Below are positions 14,222 through 26,149 of a stretch of DNA of 64,000 bases, piece after piece (within the stretch, counting starts at the first letter, position 1; each line of letters opens with the position of its first letter). Made by a program: the position numbers and the translations under genes. The DNA is taken from assembly GCA_951406725.2 (NCBI GenBank), contig OX597833.1, positions 13,826,001 to 13,890,000 of the forward strand, given 5' to 3'. Origin of the DNA: Octopus vulgaris (Eukaryota). Below the pieces are notes generated by a model. It had not been told where the DNA came from. It did not search any database and was given only the letters and a program-made list of their open reading frames with translations.

Positions 14222-14402
14222 GGTTCCGGGTTCAGTCTCACCGTGTGGTACCTTGGGCAAGAGTCTTCTACTATAGTCTCAGGTTGACTAAAGCCTTGTG
14301 ACTTGATTTGGTAGATGGAAACTGAAAGAAGCCTGTCATATATATGTTCATCCCTAGCCACTACACATTCTTTATTTTCTCTCCTTGTTTCTTTCTGTGA
14401 CC

Positions 14403-14438
14403 CTTTCTGTGGAAGAGCATAGGCTCGAAACATTAAAG
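14403..14438 (+). ncRNA. Degenerate minimal hammerhead motif within a short TA-flanked element (14347-14527)
   Basis: CTTT-CTGTGGA-A-GAGC-ATAG-GCTC-GAAAC-ATT-AAAG; core position A6 and the stem III pair are mutated. Confidence 0.5.
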
Positions 14439-14774
14439 ACTTTTTCACTTCCCAAGCGTTATACTAATACATGGTTGTTGTCTACACCACCTGTCTTCGT
14501 CTTTTGTTTTTTTGTGAATTCTCCCCTATATATATATATATATACGTATGTATGTATGTATTTGTGTGTCTGTGGTTGTCACCACACCATCGCTTGACAA
14601 CCGATGTCGGTGTATTTACATCGTTGTAACTTAGCGGTTTGGCAAAAGAGACCGATGGAATAAGTACTAGGCTTACAAAGAATAAGTCCTGGGGTCGATT
14701 TGTTCGACTAAGGGCGGTGCTCCAGCATGGCTGCAGTCAAATGACTGAAACAAATAAACAAATAAAAGAGTTAT

Positions 14775-15172
14775 ATGGCTGTGTGGTAAGTAGCTTGTTT
14801 ACCAACCACATGGTTCCGGGTTCAATCCCACTATGTGGCACCTTGGGCACGTGTCTTCTATTATAGCTTCAGGCCGACCAAAGCCTTGTGAATGGATTTG
14901 GTAGACAGAAACTGAAAGAAGCCCATCGTATATACGTATATATGTGTGTGTGTGTGTGTGTGTATATGTTCGTGTGTCTGTGTGTCTCCCAACATCGCCT
15001 GACAACCGATGCTGGTGTGTTTATGTCCCCATCACTTGGCGGTTCGGCAAAAGAGACCAATGGAATAAGTACTAGGCTTATAAAGAATAAGTCCTGGGGT
15101 CGATTTGTTCGACTAAGGGCGGTGCTCCAGCATGGCCGCAGTCAAATGACTGAAACGAGTAAAAGAATAAAA
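14775..15172 (+). mobile_element. SINE family A (preceded by a further interrupted copy at 14220-14770)
   Basis: Family A consensus. Confidence 0.88.
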
Positions 15173-15186
15173 TAATGTATATATAG

Positions 15187-15420
15187 CGTATGGATGAGGA
15201 CAGCTGCATAAAGAAGTGTCGACCCCTAACTGAAGAGAGAACCTGTGGAAGAGGTGGACCCAGGAAGACGTGGGCCGAGGTGGTGCAGCATAATCTTCAG
15301 ATGTTGAATCTGACAGAGGCAATGACAAGCGATGGAGACCTTTGGTGATTTGTTGTGTTTGAAAAAACACATCATGCCAATGAAATCATAGTCGTGACCA
15401 GTGCCAGTGACATGTGAAAG
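15187..15420 (+). pseudogene. RTE-clade LINE ORF C-terminal fragment
   Basis: Translates RMDEDSCIKKCRPLTEERTCGRGGPRKTWAEVVQHNLQMLNLTEAMTSDGDLW*FVVFEK, matching the RTE motif RGRPRKTW...DL..L......DR..WR; it runs into the family C repeat unit. Confidence 0.75.
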
Positions 15421-16044
15421 CCTCCCTCCATCCCTGCCCTTGCTGGTGACAAGGTATCGATCTGCTCCAGGAAACAGCAAGCAACAGGCACTTGACCACG
15501 GTGCCATAGCGTGGGACTGAACCCAAGACTACGTCGTTGCGAAGCAAGCTTCTTATTGTGTATTCTTTTACTAGTTTTAGTTATTATATTCGGATTATCC
15601 TAGGGCACCGCCCTCAAGGTTGTCAATCATTATCAACCTCAATATGTATTTGAATTCTATATTCATTTTTATCAAAATATATTTTTTATCAGATTACTGT
15701 TATTTTCAATCATTTCCACACACACACACACATACACACACACACATACACACACACATACATACACAATTATTTACATCACTGTGATGGATGTAGATGG
15801 AAATTACATTAATTCACTGATGCATATGCACTGGGGAAAAAAGGAAGTCTACACGGAAATAAATAATTTTAATTACGCTAAGATATAGATATCCGTGTAT
15901 ATATACACATTTATATGTGTGCATGTTTGTACGTATACATATAATTGTTTTCGTTTGTATACATGCATATGTATGTGTATATGCATATAAATATATATAT
16001 GTATATAAATATATGTGTATATGTAAGTATGTAGATATGTGTAT

Positions 16045-16096
<52 letters not shown>

Positions 16097-16827
16097 ATGT
16101 AAGTGTGTATATATAAATCTATTTATTTATCTATCAATCAATTTCCCTGTCTGTGTATTAATCTGTTTTCTTTCTCAATCAATCAATGTCACACTGGTTG
16201 TCTACCAATCCATCAATCAATCAATCAATCACTCACTCTCTACCTCTCTCTCTGTCTCTCTTATCCATCAGAGAAACTGTTAGTATTTCCCATATAATCA
16301 TTTTCTGATTCACCAAGCATTTCCCCTGCCTCCTCCTCGTCCTGCCCTCGAATCAGACTTCATGCACCAGTCTATCTCCTCTCAATACACCCACAATCCA
16401 ATAAACACGAGGATCCTCCTACCATCAGATTAAGGGTAATACCTCTTCCCCTACAACTATGTAAACAAACATGCAGCTCTTCAGCATGAACCTGCTCCGC
16501 CACTTCCATTCCTCTCAAACTTTAACCCCACCTCGTTCCCTAGTTCAAAGCCAGCCCTTACTTCCTTAGGGTTGGTCGTCTTGTGAGCTGCATGCTGGCC
16601 TCCAAAGGGCTGATGGCACACAAAAACGGTATCCAGTGCATGTTGTAAAGTGGTTGGCATTAGGAAGGGCATCCCATTCTGGGAACCATGCCAAAGCAGA
16701 CACTGGAGCACGATGCAGTCTCTGGACCCACTGAATCCCATCAAGCTGTCCCAACCATGCCAGGATAGAACAGGGACATATGATGATGATGATGATGATG
16801 ATAACGATGATGCTGATGATGAATATT

Positions 16828-17072
16828 AAACTTCAGATCAACTCAAATATACTCGGGACGTATTTGACCTGTAAAAAGGCCTTTTCACAGCAGTTTGGCA
16901 AAGGGATAAAAATTCTACTAGTCCATAGTGGTTGGCACTCTGGACTAACTTTGGTGTGCTTACCTCTTTTGCCTAGACGCTGGACATTTTCTCCATGGCA
17001 AACCGCAGTGAAAATGGCCTTTCTTTTACAGATCAAAAATGTCCCAAACACATTTGAACTGATCTAAAGTTT
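16828..17072. mobile_element. Old MITE-like element with ~65-bp imperfect terminal inverted repeats
   Basis: AAACTTCAGATCAACTCAAATATACTCGGGACGTATTTGACCTGTAAAAAGGCCTTTTCAC vs reverse complement AAACTTTAGATCAGTTCAAATGTGTTTGGGACATTTTTGATCTGTAAAAGAAAGGCCATTTTCAC. Confidence 0.65.
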
Positions 17073-17202
17073 TTTTAAAAATTTATACCACAGCCTCATG
17101 CGGTACTCACTTACTTTGTTCCAGCCTGGTGGCTGAAGTGTGCAATCAGTCAATAATTCTTACTGATTTCTTGTCAGTTTAGAGTTGCCCTGTTGGGAGC
17201 CT

Positions 17203-17240
17203 GGCACTGATGAGAGCACAAAAAGCTTGAAATGTATCTA
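17203..17240 (+). ncRNA. Degenerate minimal hammerhead motif
   Basis: CTGATGA-GAGC-ACAAAAA-GCTT-GAAAT-GTA; stem I is poorly paired. Confidence 0.45.
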
Positions 17241-17532
17241 CTAATCCCTACGAGATCAAGCTTAACTGACTTTAGAGGTTTTTACATCTTTTGCTTAAAG
17301 GAGTTTTCTTCATAGCGAGCTGTAGTAAAAATGACCAAATATGTCACAAACATATATTGATGGAGGTGTGGCTGTGTAGTAAGAAGCTTGCTTCCCAACC
17401 ATATGGTTCTGGGTTCAGTCCTACAGCATGGTACCTTAGGTAAGTGCCTTCTACTGTAGTCTCAGGCTGACAAAACCTTGTGAGCAGATCTGGCAGACAG
17501 AAACTGAAAGAAGTCCATCATATATATGTATG

Positions 17533-17563
<31 letters not shown>

Positions 17564-17669
17564 ATAAAATATATGTATGTTTATAATGTGTATATATATA
17601 TATAATATGTTTATATACATAATATATATATATACATAATATATGTATATATTTATGTGTGTGTATATA

Positions 17670-17705
<36 letters not shown>

Positions 17706-17806
17706 GTTAATCCAAACATGAAAACACAAGGAGAAAACACAACAACGTGAGGATGTGGAGCAAATAAAGTATTATTGAACGCTCAGGAAGGAAGGGAAGA
17801 AGGAGG

Positions 17807-17841
17807 GTTTAACGTTTCGAGTGGAGCTCTTCGTCGGAAAC
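17807..17841 (-). ncRNA. Minimal hammerhead motif (U4C variant) in a TA-flanked element (17706-17910)
   Basis: Minus strand GTTT-CCGACGA-A-GAG-CTCCA-CTC-GAAAC-GTT-AAAC; loop-less palindromic stem III AACGTT. Confidence 0.6.
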
Positions 17842-18103
17842 ATAGGAGAAGGAAAGATCCAAAGGGAAGACAGAGGAAAAAAAATCGCCAACGGTACACA
17901 TGCGGTCACATATATATATGTGTATATATATACATATACATATGTATATATATTTGTAAGCTTGTCCCCATCCCTACCATCACTTGACAACCAATGTTGG
18001 TGTGTTTACATCCACACACACACACACACTTTATATCTAACAACTTATCTATGTATATGTAGGTAAGCTAAGCTCAGCCATTGGATATACAGTTGAAACT
18101 TAC

Positions 18104-18210
18104 AACAGCCGCGGCTGCTCAGACGTGAGAAGTTCAGAAAGCGAGGAGGGAGAGAATGATAGAGAGAGAGAGAGAAGAAGAAGAGCGAAGTGGAGGAGTT
18201 CTTGAGACAT
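18104..18210 (-). CDS. Candidate first coding exon of a secreted or membrane protein (signal peptide)
   Basis: GGAATG start; translates MSQELLHFALLLLSLSLSFSPSSLSELLTSEQPRL(+TT), ending at a consensus GTAAGT donor (phase 2); hydrophobic core typical of a signal peptide, but partly (CT)n-encoded; downstream exons not identified. Confidence 0.45.
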
Positions 18211-18804
18211 TCCTTTTATTCTTCCTCTTTTTCCATTCTGTCTTTCTTTCACTCTTTGTTTTTTCTTTTCCTACGGAGACAGTTTTGAAAATGTCAGTTA
18301 TAATTACCTGAATTTTTGGCAAGATATTGTTAACTTTATATAACCCTATACCTAGAAATATTTTACAATAATTGGATGGCAAAGAAAGAAAGAAAGAAAG
18401 AAAGAAAAAACAACAAAAAATACCCATTAACGAGGTGAAAAAGAAGGCATTGTTTCAAAGTTTGCTACTTCAATTTTTCTACATTCGTCTGGGTTGAAAT
18501 AGCAACAACAACAACAACAACATCAGCATCACTATCACATCATCATGATAAAATCTGTCTCTGTAAACTTGTATGGCCTAAATAGATTTGTAACCCAGCC
18601 TATCTCTCACTTTCTCTCTATCTCTCTCTCTCTCCCCTATGTGCTCAAGTATTGTGATGATTAGAGCAACATCCTATCTGAATTTAAATGATGCTTTCTT
18701 AAGCCACCCCAAATTTAAAACACGAGCAATTTGCACAAGATTAAATGGAATTAATTGGATGAAACACAGCCAGATGCTCAATCCATTCGTCTAGCTTTGG
18801 GAAA

Positions 18805-19570
18805 AGCCTACAACCTGTGGGAACATGTTACAAACAGTGGGAATAGGTTACAGCCTATGGAATAAGTTGCAACTTATTAGTATAGGTTACCACTTGTGGG
18901 ATTAGGTTAAAGCTGGTGGGAATATGTTATAAGCTGTGAGAACAGGTTACAAATCTTGGGAATAGATCATAGGCTGCAGGAATACTTACAACTGGAGAGA
19001 TTAGATTACAAATTGTGGGAATAAGTTAAAACTTGTGGGAATAGGGTAAAGCCTGTGGGAATATGTAATAAGCTGCAAGAATAGGTTACAAATCATGGAA
19101 ATAGACTATAGCCTGCAGGAATACTTACAACTGGAGAGATTAGATTACAAATTGTGGGAATAAGTTACAACTTGTGGGAATAAGTTAAAGGCTGTGGGAA
19201 TATGTAATACGCTGCAAGAATAGGTTACAAATCATGGCAATAGATTACAGACTGTAGGAATATGTTGCAACTGGAAAGATTCAATTACAAGTTGTGGGAA
19301 TGAGTTACAACATGTGGGAGTAAGTTACAAGTTATGGGAGAAGAATACTGACAGTAAGCATAGATTACCACCAGTGGGAATAGAATACAGCCTATGGGGA
19401 TAGGTTAGGACTCGTGCAAAGGCGTTACGGTTGTGGGAATGGGTAAGAGCCTTTGGGAATAGGGTATAAATTGTGGGAATAAAATTCAGCCTGTGGGAAT
19501 AGGTTACAACTTGTGCAAAGGGGTTACGGTTGTGGGAATAGGGTATAAATTGTGGGAATATGATTCAGCC
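18805..19570. repeat. ~20-bp minisatellite (TGTGGGAATAGGTTACAAxx) with a 139-bp (7-mer) higher-order repeat
   Basis: Higher-order units start near 18932, 19071 and 19210; monomer variants recur in register. Confidence 0.9.
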
Positions 19571-19773
19571 TGCATCTCACAAGACACAGGCTATAGTAAA
19601 AGACACTTGCCCACGGTGCCATGCAGTGGGACCGAAGCAAGCCACTTGCCACACAGCAACTCCTGCGCTTATATATATATATATATATATATACAATTCA
19701 TTGTGCTCATGACTTAGTATTTGCTTCTTCCATGGGTATGAGTAAGTATCTCATTTATTTCTTTTGCCACATG

Positions 19774-19828
19774 TATCACTGACGAAGGGAGAGCTATTAT
19801 GAGCTAACCCCAAAATCGGTCCGATATG
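19774..19828 (+). ncRNA. Degenerate hammerhead motif in a TA-flanked element (19695-20085)
   Basis: TATCA-CTGACGA-A-GGG...CCC-CAAAA-TCGG-TC-CGATA; the GAAA box is mutated. Confidence 0.45.
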
Positions 19829-20779
19829 GTAATAATGGAATTTTTTAGAAATTTCTGTCGACCTGTTTTCGAGTAGCGTGCGTATTGTGAAAAAATTATA
19901 TGGTTAATGGACAATATGTCCAATTTTGCGGCATATTTGGCATTAGAAATTTTTTCGTTTGCCCTTATTTATGAATTGTTTATAAATTTAACCTTTAAAG
20001 GTATTTTTTAATATGCTGGCCATTGATAAAATTTTTTTCGAAAAGAATTTTTTTTTCGAAGAAAAAATTTTATCCTACATTAGATATATATATATATATA
20101 TATGTATGTATATATACAGAGAGAGAGAGAGAGAGAGAGAGAGTAATCCCATGGACTCATGTTTGTACTTTAGTGTAATGACCATGGAGGGGATTAGAAG
20201 TGAAGGTGACACTAGCAAGATTTGAACTGAGAATCTAACAACAATGTAACCGAGTTGTTTTGTTTGATGCTCGATCGATTCTGTAATCTGCCAACTTTGA
20301 TAGAAATAATAATTTCTCTATTTCACAATGGTTTAGACAAAAGGCCAACTATTTTTAAGTAAGGAGTCAGTCAATAGGATCAGTCACGGTGCTTCACTTG
20401 GTACTTTATTTTATCGACCTCTAAAGGACAACGGCAAAAATTGTCCTTGGCAGTATTTGAACCCAAAATGCATGATGAGAAAAACCCCCATGTTTCCAAA
20501 GGTGAATTATCCGAACCTCAAAGAATCCCTCTCAACACATGGCTATGATGCTCCCCCACTACTTCTGCTCGTGATCAGAGATGCACATATCGTCAGCCAC
20601 CAAGGGACATACTCAACTGTTTAAGATCAAGCAACTGACAAGCAAATCTGTGGTACTGAGCAGAATATTTGCTGTAGCCCATCTTTTATACTAAGACAAA
20701 ACAATGTACATGATAACACTTCCAATCAGTTAAGATCAACAGCCATGAGAGCCATTGCCTGGTACTGCATCAGGGCATA

Positions 20780-20826
<47 letters not shown>

Positions 20827-20864
20827 AGATTGAATCACTAGAGCACTGGTAAAAAAAATTACAT

Positions 20865-21345
20865 TGAACTCAGAACGTAGTATACCTATTTCTTTATTTC
20901 AGAACTCAGAACTCAGAATGTAGTATACCTATTTCTTTATTACCCACAAGGGGCTAAGCATAGAGAGGACAAACAAGGACAGACAAATGGATTAAGTCGA
21001 TTATATCGACCCCAGTGCATAACTGGTACTTATTTAATCAACCCTGAAAGGATGAAAGGCAAAGTCGACCTCGGCGGAATTTGAACTCAGAACGTAGCGG
21101 CAGAGGAAATACCTATTTCTTTACTACCCACAAGGGGCTAAACATAGAGAGGACAAACAAGGACAGACAAATGGATTAAGTCGATTATATCGACCCCAGT
21201 ACGTAACTGGTACTTAATTTATCGACCCCGAAAGGATGAAAGGCAAAGTCTACTTCGGCGGAATTTGAACTCAGAACGTAGCAGCAGATGAAACACTGCT
21301 AAGCATTTCGCCCAGCATGCTAACGATTGTGCCAGCTCGCCTCCT
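20865..21345 (-). mobile_element. SINE family B tandem dimer plus partial units
   Basis: Head at 21345 followed by units joined at AAAGAAATA|GGTATTTC. Confidence 0.85.
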
Positions 21346-21574
21346 TATTAATAATAATAATAATAGTAATAACAGCAACAACAACAACAATAATAATAGA
21401 TTAGCATTTATAGTTCAATAAGATAAGAATTAAAAGAAAAATAACAATTTGAGGAGGAATGGTCAGAAGATAGCAGGAAGATTACAAGAGGATTTCTCGA
21501 AATGGCCAGTAACGTTGCCAAATATTACTTACCAGTATAAGCCCTTTGCCAATAACCAATCAAAAGCAGAGCTC

Positions 21575-21615
<41 letters not shown>

Positions 21616-21962
21616 TTATGGCTAACCATTATTGATTTTAACTTTGTGTCTATACATATGCATAAAGACACACTTGCATACACATGTATAATGTATGCAA
21701 GTGTGTGCATATACATACATATATATATATACACACACACACACATATATACATGTATATATACATATGTATATATATATATATATATATACTTATACAT
21801 GTGTATATATATATATATACATACATATACATATAGCACATACACACACATATATACATATACACAAACACACACACATATATATATATACACACACATA
21901 TATACACTAACACACATTTACATATGTATATATATACACATATACATATGTATATACATATG

Positions 21963-22015
<53 letters not shown>

Positions 22016-22017
<2 letters not shown>

Positions 22018-22266
22018 TGGCACATAAAAACACCATCCGAGCGTGGCCGTTCGCCAGCCTCGTCTGGCACCTGTGTCGGTGGCACATAAAATCACCCACT
22101 ACACTCTCGGAGTGGTTGGCGTTAGGAAGGGCATCCAGCTGTAGAAACACTGCCAGATCTGACTGGCCTGGTGCAGCCTTCGGGCTCCCCAGACCCCAGT
22201 TGAACCGTCCAACCCATGCTAGCATGGAAAGCGGACGTTAAACGACGATGATGATGATGATGATGA

Positions 22267-22319
<53 letters not shown>

Positions 22320-23755
22320 TATATATATATATATACATATATCTATTTATGTGTGTGTGCCGGAGCATCACCTTTAGTCGAACGGACTCCCAGGATTTAT
22401 TCTTTGTAAGCCTAGTTCTTATTCTATCGGTCTCTTTAGCCAAACTGCTAAGTTACAGGGGCAGAAACACTCCAGTTTCAGATGTCAAGTGGTGATGCGG
22501 GGACAAAAACAGACACAAAGACCCAAACACATAAATAGATATCATCATCATGTAACGTCTGCTTTCCATGCTGGCATGGGTTGGATGGTTTGACTGAGGA
22601 CTGCACCAGGCTCCAGTCTGATCTGGCAGAGTTTCTACAGTTGGATGCTCTTCCTAACGCCAACCACTCAGAGAGTGTAGTGGGTGCTTTTACCTGCCAC
22701 TGGCATGAGGGCCAGTCAGGTGGTACTGGTGATGGCCATGCTCAAATGGTGTTTTTTATGTGCCACCTGCACAGGGGCCAGTCCAGCAGCACTGGCAATG
22801 ACCTTGCTCAAATGTTGATTTCACATGCCACTAGCACAAGTGCCAGTAAAGCGACACTGGTAACAATCACGCTCAAATGGTGCTTTTTATGTGCTACTGG
22901 CACAGGAGCCAGTCAGTGGCCTTGGCAACAATCACGCTTGGTCCTCTATCTCCCTCTTCCCCTCTGGTCAGGTAACCAAGTACCATCTGTACAGCAAGAC
23001 ACTTGTTTCTGCCTCTCTGTAACCATCACACTCTAACCTTTGATCATCTGACACAAAATTCCCTACTCCAATGCCCCCTCTCCTTTCAAAATCCCTTGTC
23101 TTGCAAGTTACTTGGTGACCCTGCCAGGGCTGGTGCCATGTAAAAAGCACCCACTTTACATTGTAAACTGGTTGGCATTTGGAAGCACAAAAATCTGCCA
23201 AAACTGACCTTGCTTGCACTGGCGCCAAGTAAAAAAAATACCCACTCCACTGTGCAGTGTGGTTGGTGTTAGGAAGGGTATCCAGCTGTAAAAATCATGC
23301 CAAAACAGACACAATAGCCTGGGGTAGTTTTCTACCTGGCTGGCTCCTGACAAACCGTCCAATCCATGCCTGCATGGAAGGCGAACATTAAACGATGATG
23401 ATGATAATTGTAAAATCTACATACAGAGATCATCATCATCATCGTTTAATGTCGGTTTTCCGTGCTAGCACGGGTTGGAGGGTCCGACCGGGGTCTGGGA
23501 AGCCAGGAGGCTGCACCAGGCTCCAGTCTCATCTGGCAGTGTTTCTACAGCTGGATGCCCTTCTTAACGCCGCCAACCACTCTGTGAGTGTAGTGGGTGC
23601 TTTTTACGTGCCTGCCACTGGCACAGGTGCTAGGGGAGGCTGGCATCGGCCACGTTCGGATGGTGCTTTTTACGTGCCACCGGGACAGGTATCGTGACTA
23701 CAGTTTCCATTTGATATTTAATTTGATATTGATGTACTTGACTCAATAGGTCTCA
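22016..23755. mobile_element. Cluster of RTE 3' ends (22016-22270 +, 22543-22940 -, 23110-23405 +, 23430-23755 -) with a SINE A fragment
   Basis: Family C consensus in alternating orientation. Confidence 0.8.
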
Positions 23756-24113
23756 TATCCAAGTATTTTGGCATGCAAATCCAATTAATGTCTTGGAGTC
23801 GTTAGTACCAGTGTCCTGGTCTCCAAATATACACGCGTAGAGACAGAGATTGCGAAAGACAAAACCAAAGTGGAATTAAATAAAAATGGTGTATTATCCT
23901 AATTTTTCAATACTTTGCCAAATTGCAGAACATCGCTATTCGAGAAAATTCTATAAAAGTGCAACAAACACAGGATGAAAAAGATTAAAAAAAAAAAAAG
24001 AAGAAAGAAAAAAAAAGTGAAAGTGAATATCAGCAATTATGGCCCGAGCTCAGCCAAACATCTCAAAGACAAGTAAATATTGATTCGAAATGTGCAGCTT
24101 TTTGCTTGCTCAC

Positions 24114-24228
24114 CCCCACTGCAGAGACAGAACATCACCAATCTTGCAGATAGCTAAAACCAAACTCTCCCCACTGGACTGGAATAGTGGATAAGATCTT
24201 CCAGTATCTCCATGGAGATTTGGTAAAG
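24114..24228 (-). CDS. Candidate internal coding exon (unassigned)
   Basis: TTGTTTAG acceptor and GG|GTGAGC donor; 115 nt with one fully open frame [38 protein letters not shown](G); appears unique in the window; no recognised homology. Confidence 0.25.
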
Positions 24229-24269
24229 CTAAACAATGCCAGATGTGGCTGGCATATAATTACATACGC

Positions 24270-24325
<56 letters not shown>

Positions 24326-24906
24326 TGTTGTTGAATGCCAGGAAGATACATACATACATACATACTTAATATATATATATATATATATATGCATGCATAC
24401 ATACTTATATATATATATATATATGCATGCATACATACTTAAATATATACATGCACATACATACTAAATATATATAAATATATATGCATGCATGCATACA
24501 TATATATATATACATATGCATACATATATATATATATATATATATGCATGCATACATACTTAAATATATACATGCATGCATACATATATACATACATACA
24601 TACTTAATATATATATATATATATGCATACATACTTCAATATATACAGGCATGCATACATATATACATACATACATACTTAGATATATATATGCATGCAT
24701 ACATATATACATACATACATGCTTAAATATATATATGCGTGCATACATACATATATACTAAACGGTCAGGACTTCATTATCGTTGGTATTAAAACGGCAA
24801 CAATTGCTGCTATTAGTTTTCTTATTCATTATTCCTTCTCATACCATTATCACCACTGCCATTGTAGTTATTATTATTGATATTGTTATTATTATTATTA
24901 TTATTG

Positions 24907-24939
<33 letters not shown>

Positions 24940-25236
24940 TGTGTCTGTGTTTGTCTGCCCAACATTGCTTGACAACTGATGCTGATGTATTTACGTCCCT
25001 GTAACTTAGCAGTTCGGCAAAAGTCCACATTCTAAGTTAAAATTCCTCCCATTTTTATAGATGCAAATATATAATTGTTTGGAAATCATCAGGAAAAAAA
25101 AAAAATCTATTGATTTTTCTGGCCTTTTTTTCCTTCTTTTTTTTTTTTGCCTTTTACGGGGGTTACAGTCTCTAAAACATGTCAGCAATAATATCATAAT
25201 CTTTCCATACAAATTTGTACAAATATTAGGATGATA

Positions 25237-25457
25237 GGCGTAGGATTGGCTGTGTGGTAAGTAGCTTGCTTACCAACCACATAGTTCCGGGTTCAGTCCC
25301 ACTTTGTGGCACCTTGGGCAAGTGTCTCCTACTATAGCCTCGGGCTGACAAAAAGCCATGTGATGGAAACTGAAAAGAAGCCCGTCATATATATGTATAT
25401 ATATATATATAGCCCGAGGCTATAGTAGAAGACACTTGCCCAAGGTGCCATTCATAC

Positions 25458-25509
<52 letters not shown>

Positions 25510-25735
25510 TTGTGTGTCTGTGTTTGTCTCCCCAACAGTGCTTGACAACTGATGCTGATGTATTTACGTCCCTGTAACTTAGCAGTTCGGCAAAAGTGAC
25601 CAATAGAATAAGTACTAGGCTTACAAAGAATAAGCCCTGGGGTCGATTTTCTTGATTGACTAAAGGCAGTGCTCCAGCATGGCCACAGTCAAATGACTGA
25701 AACAAGTAAAAGAGTAAAGAGTAAAAGAGAGAGTG
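25237..25735 (+). mobile_element. SINE family A with a short internal inversion (25405-25450)
   Basis: Family A consensus; GCCCGAGGCTATAGTAGAAGACACTTGCCCAAGGTGCCA is the reverse complement of its own 5' part. Confidence 0.8.
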
Positions 25736-26149
25736 ATAACTATTGTTAGAAATCATTATCGTTGTCGTTTAACATCCGCTTTCCATGCTGGCATGGGTTG
25801 GATGGTTTGACTGAGGACTGGCAAGCCAGAAGGCTGCACCAGGCTCCAATCTGATCTGGCGAGGTTTTTACAGTTGGATGCCCTTCCTAATGCCAACCAC
25901 TCCGAAAGTGTAGTGGGTGTTTTTTATGTGCCACTGGCACAGGAGCCAGTTAGTTAGTACTGGCATTGACCATACTTCAATGGTAATTTTAATGTGCCAC
26001 CGACAGGGGGAACCAGTCAGGCAGTGCTGGCATTGACCATGTTGAAATGGTGCTTCTTATGTGCTGCTATCACAGATGCCAGTCAGGCGGCACTGGCATC
26101 GACCAAGTTTGGATGATGCTTTTTACGTGCCGCCATCGCAGGTGCCAGT

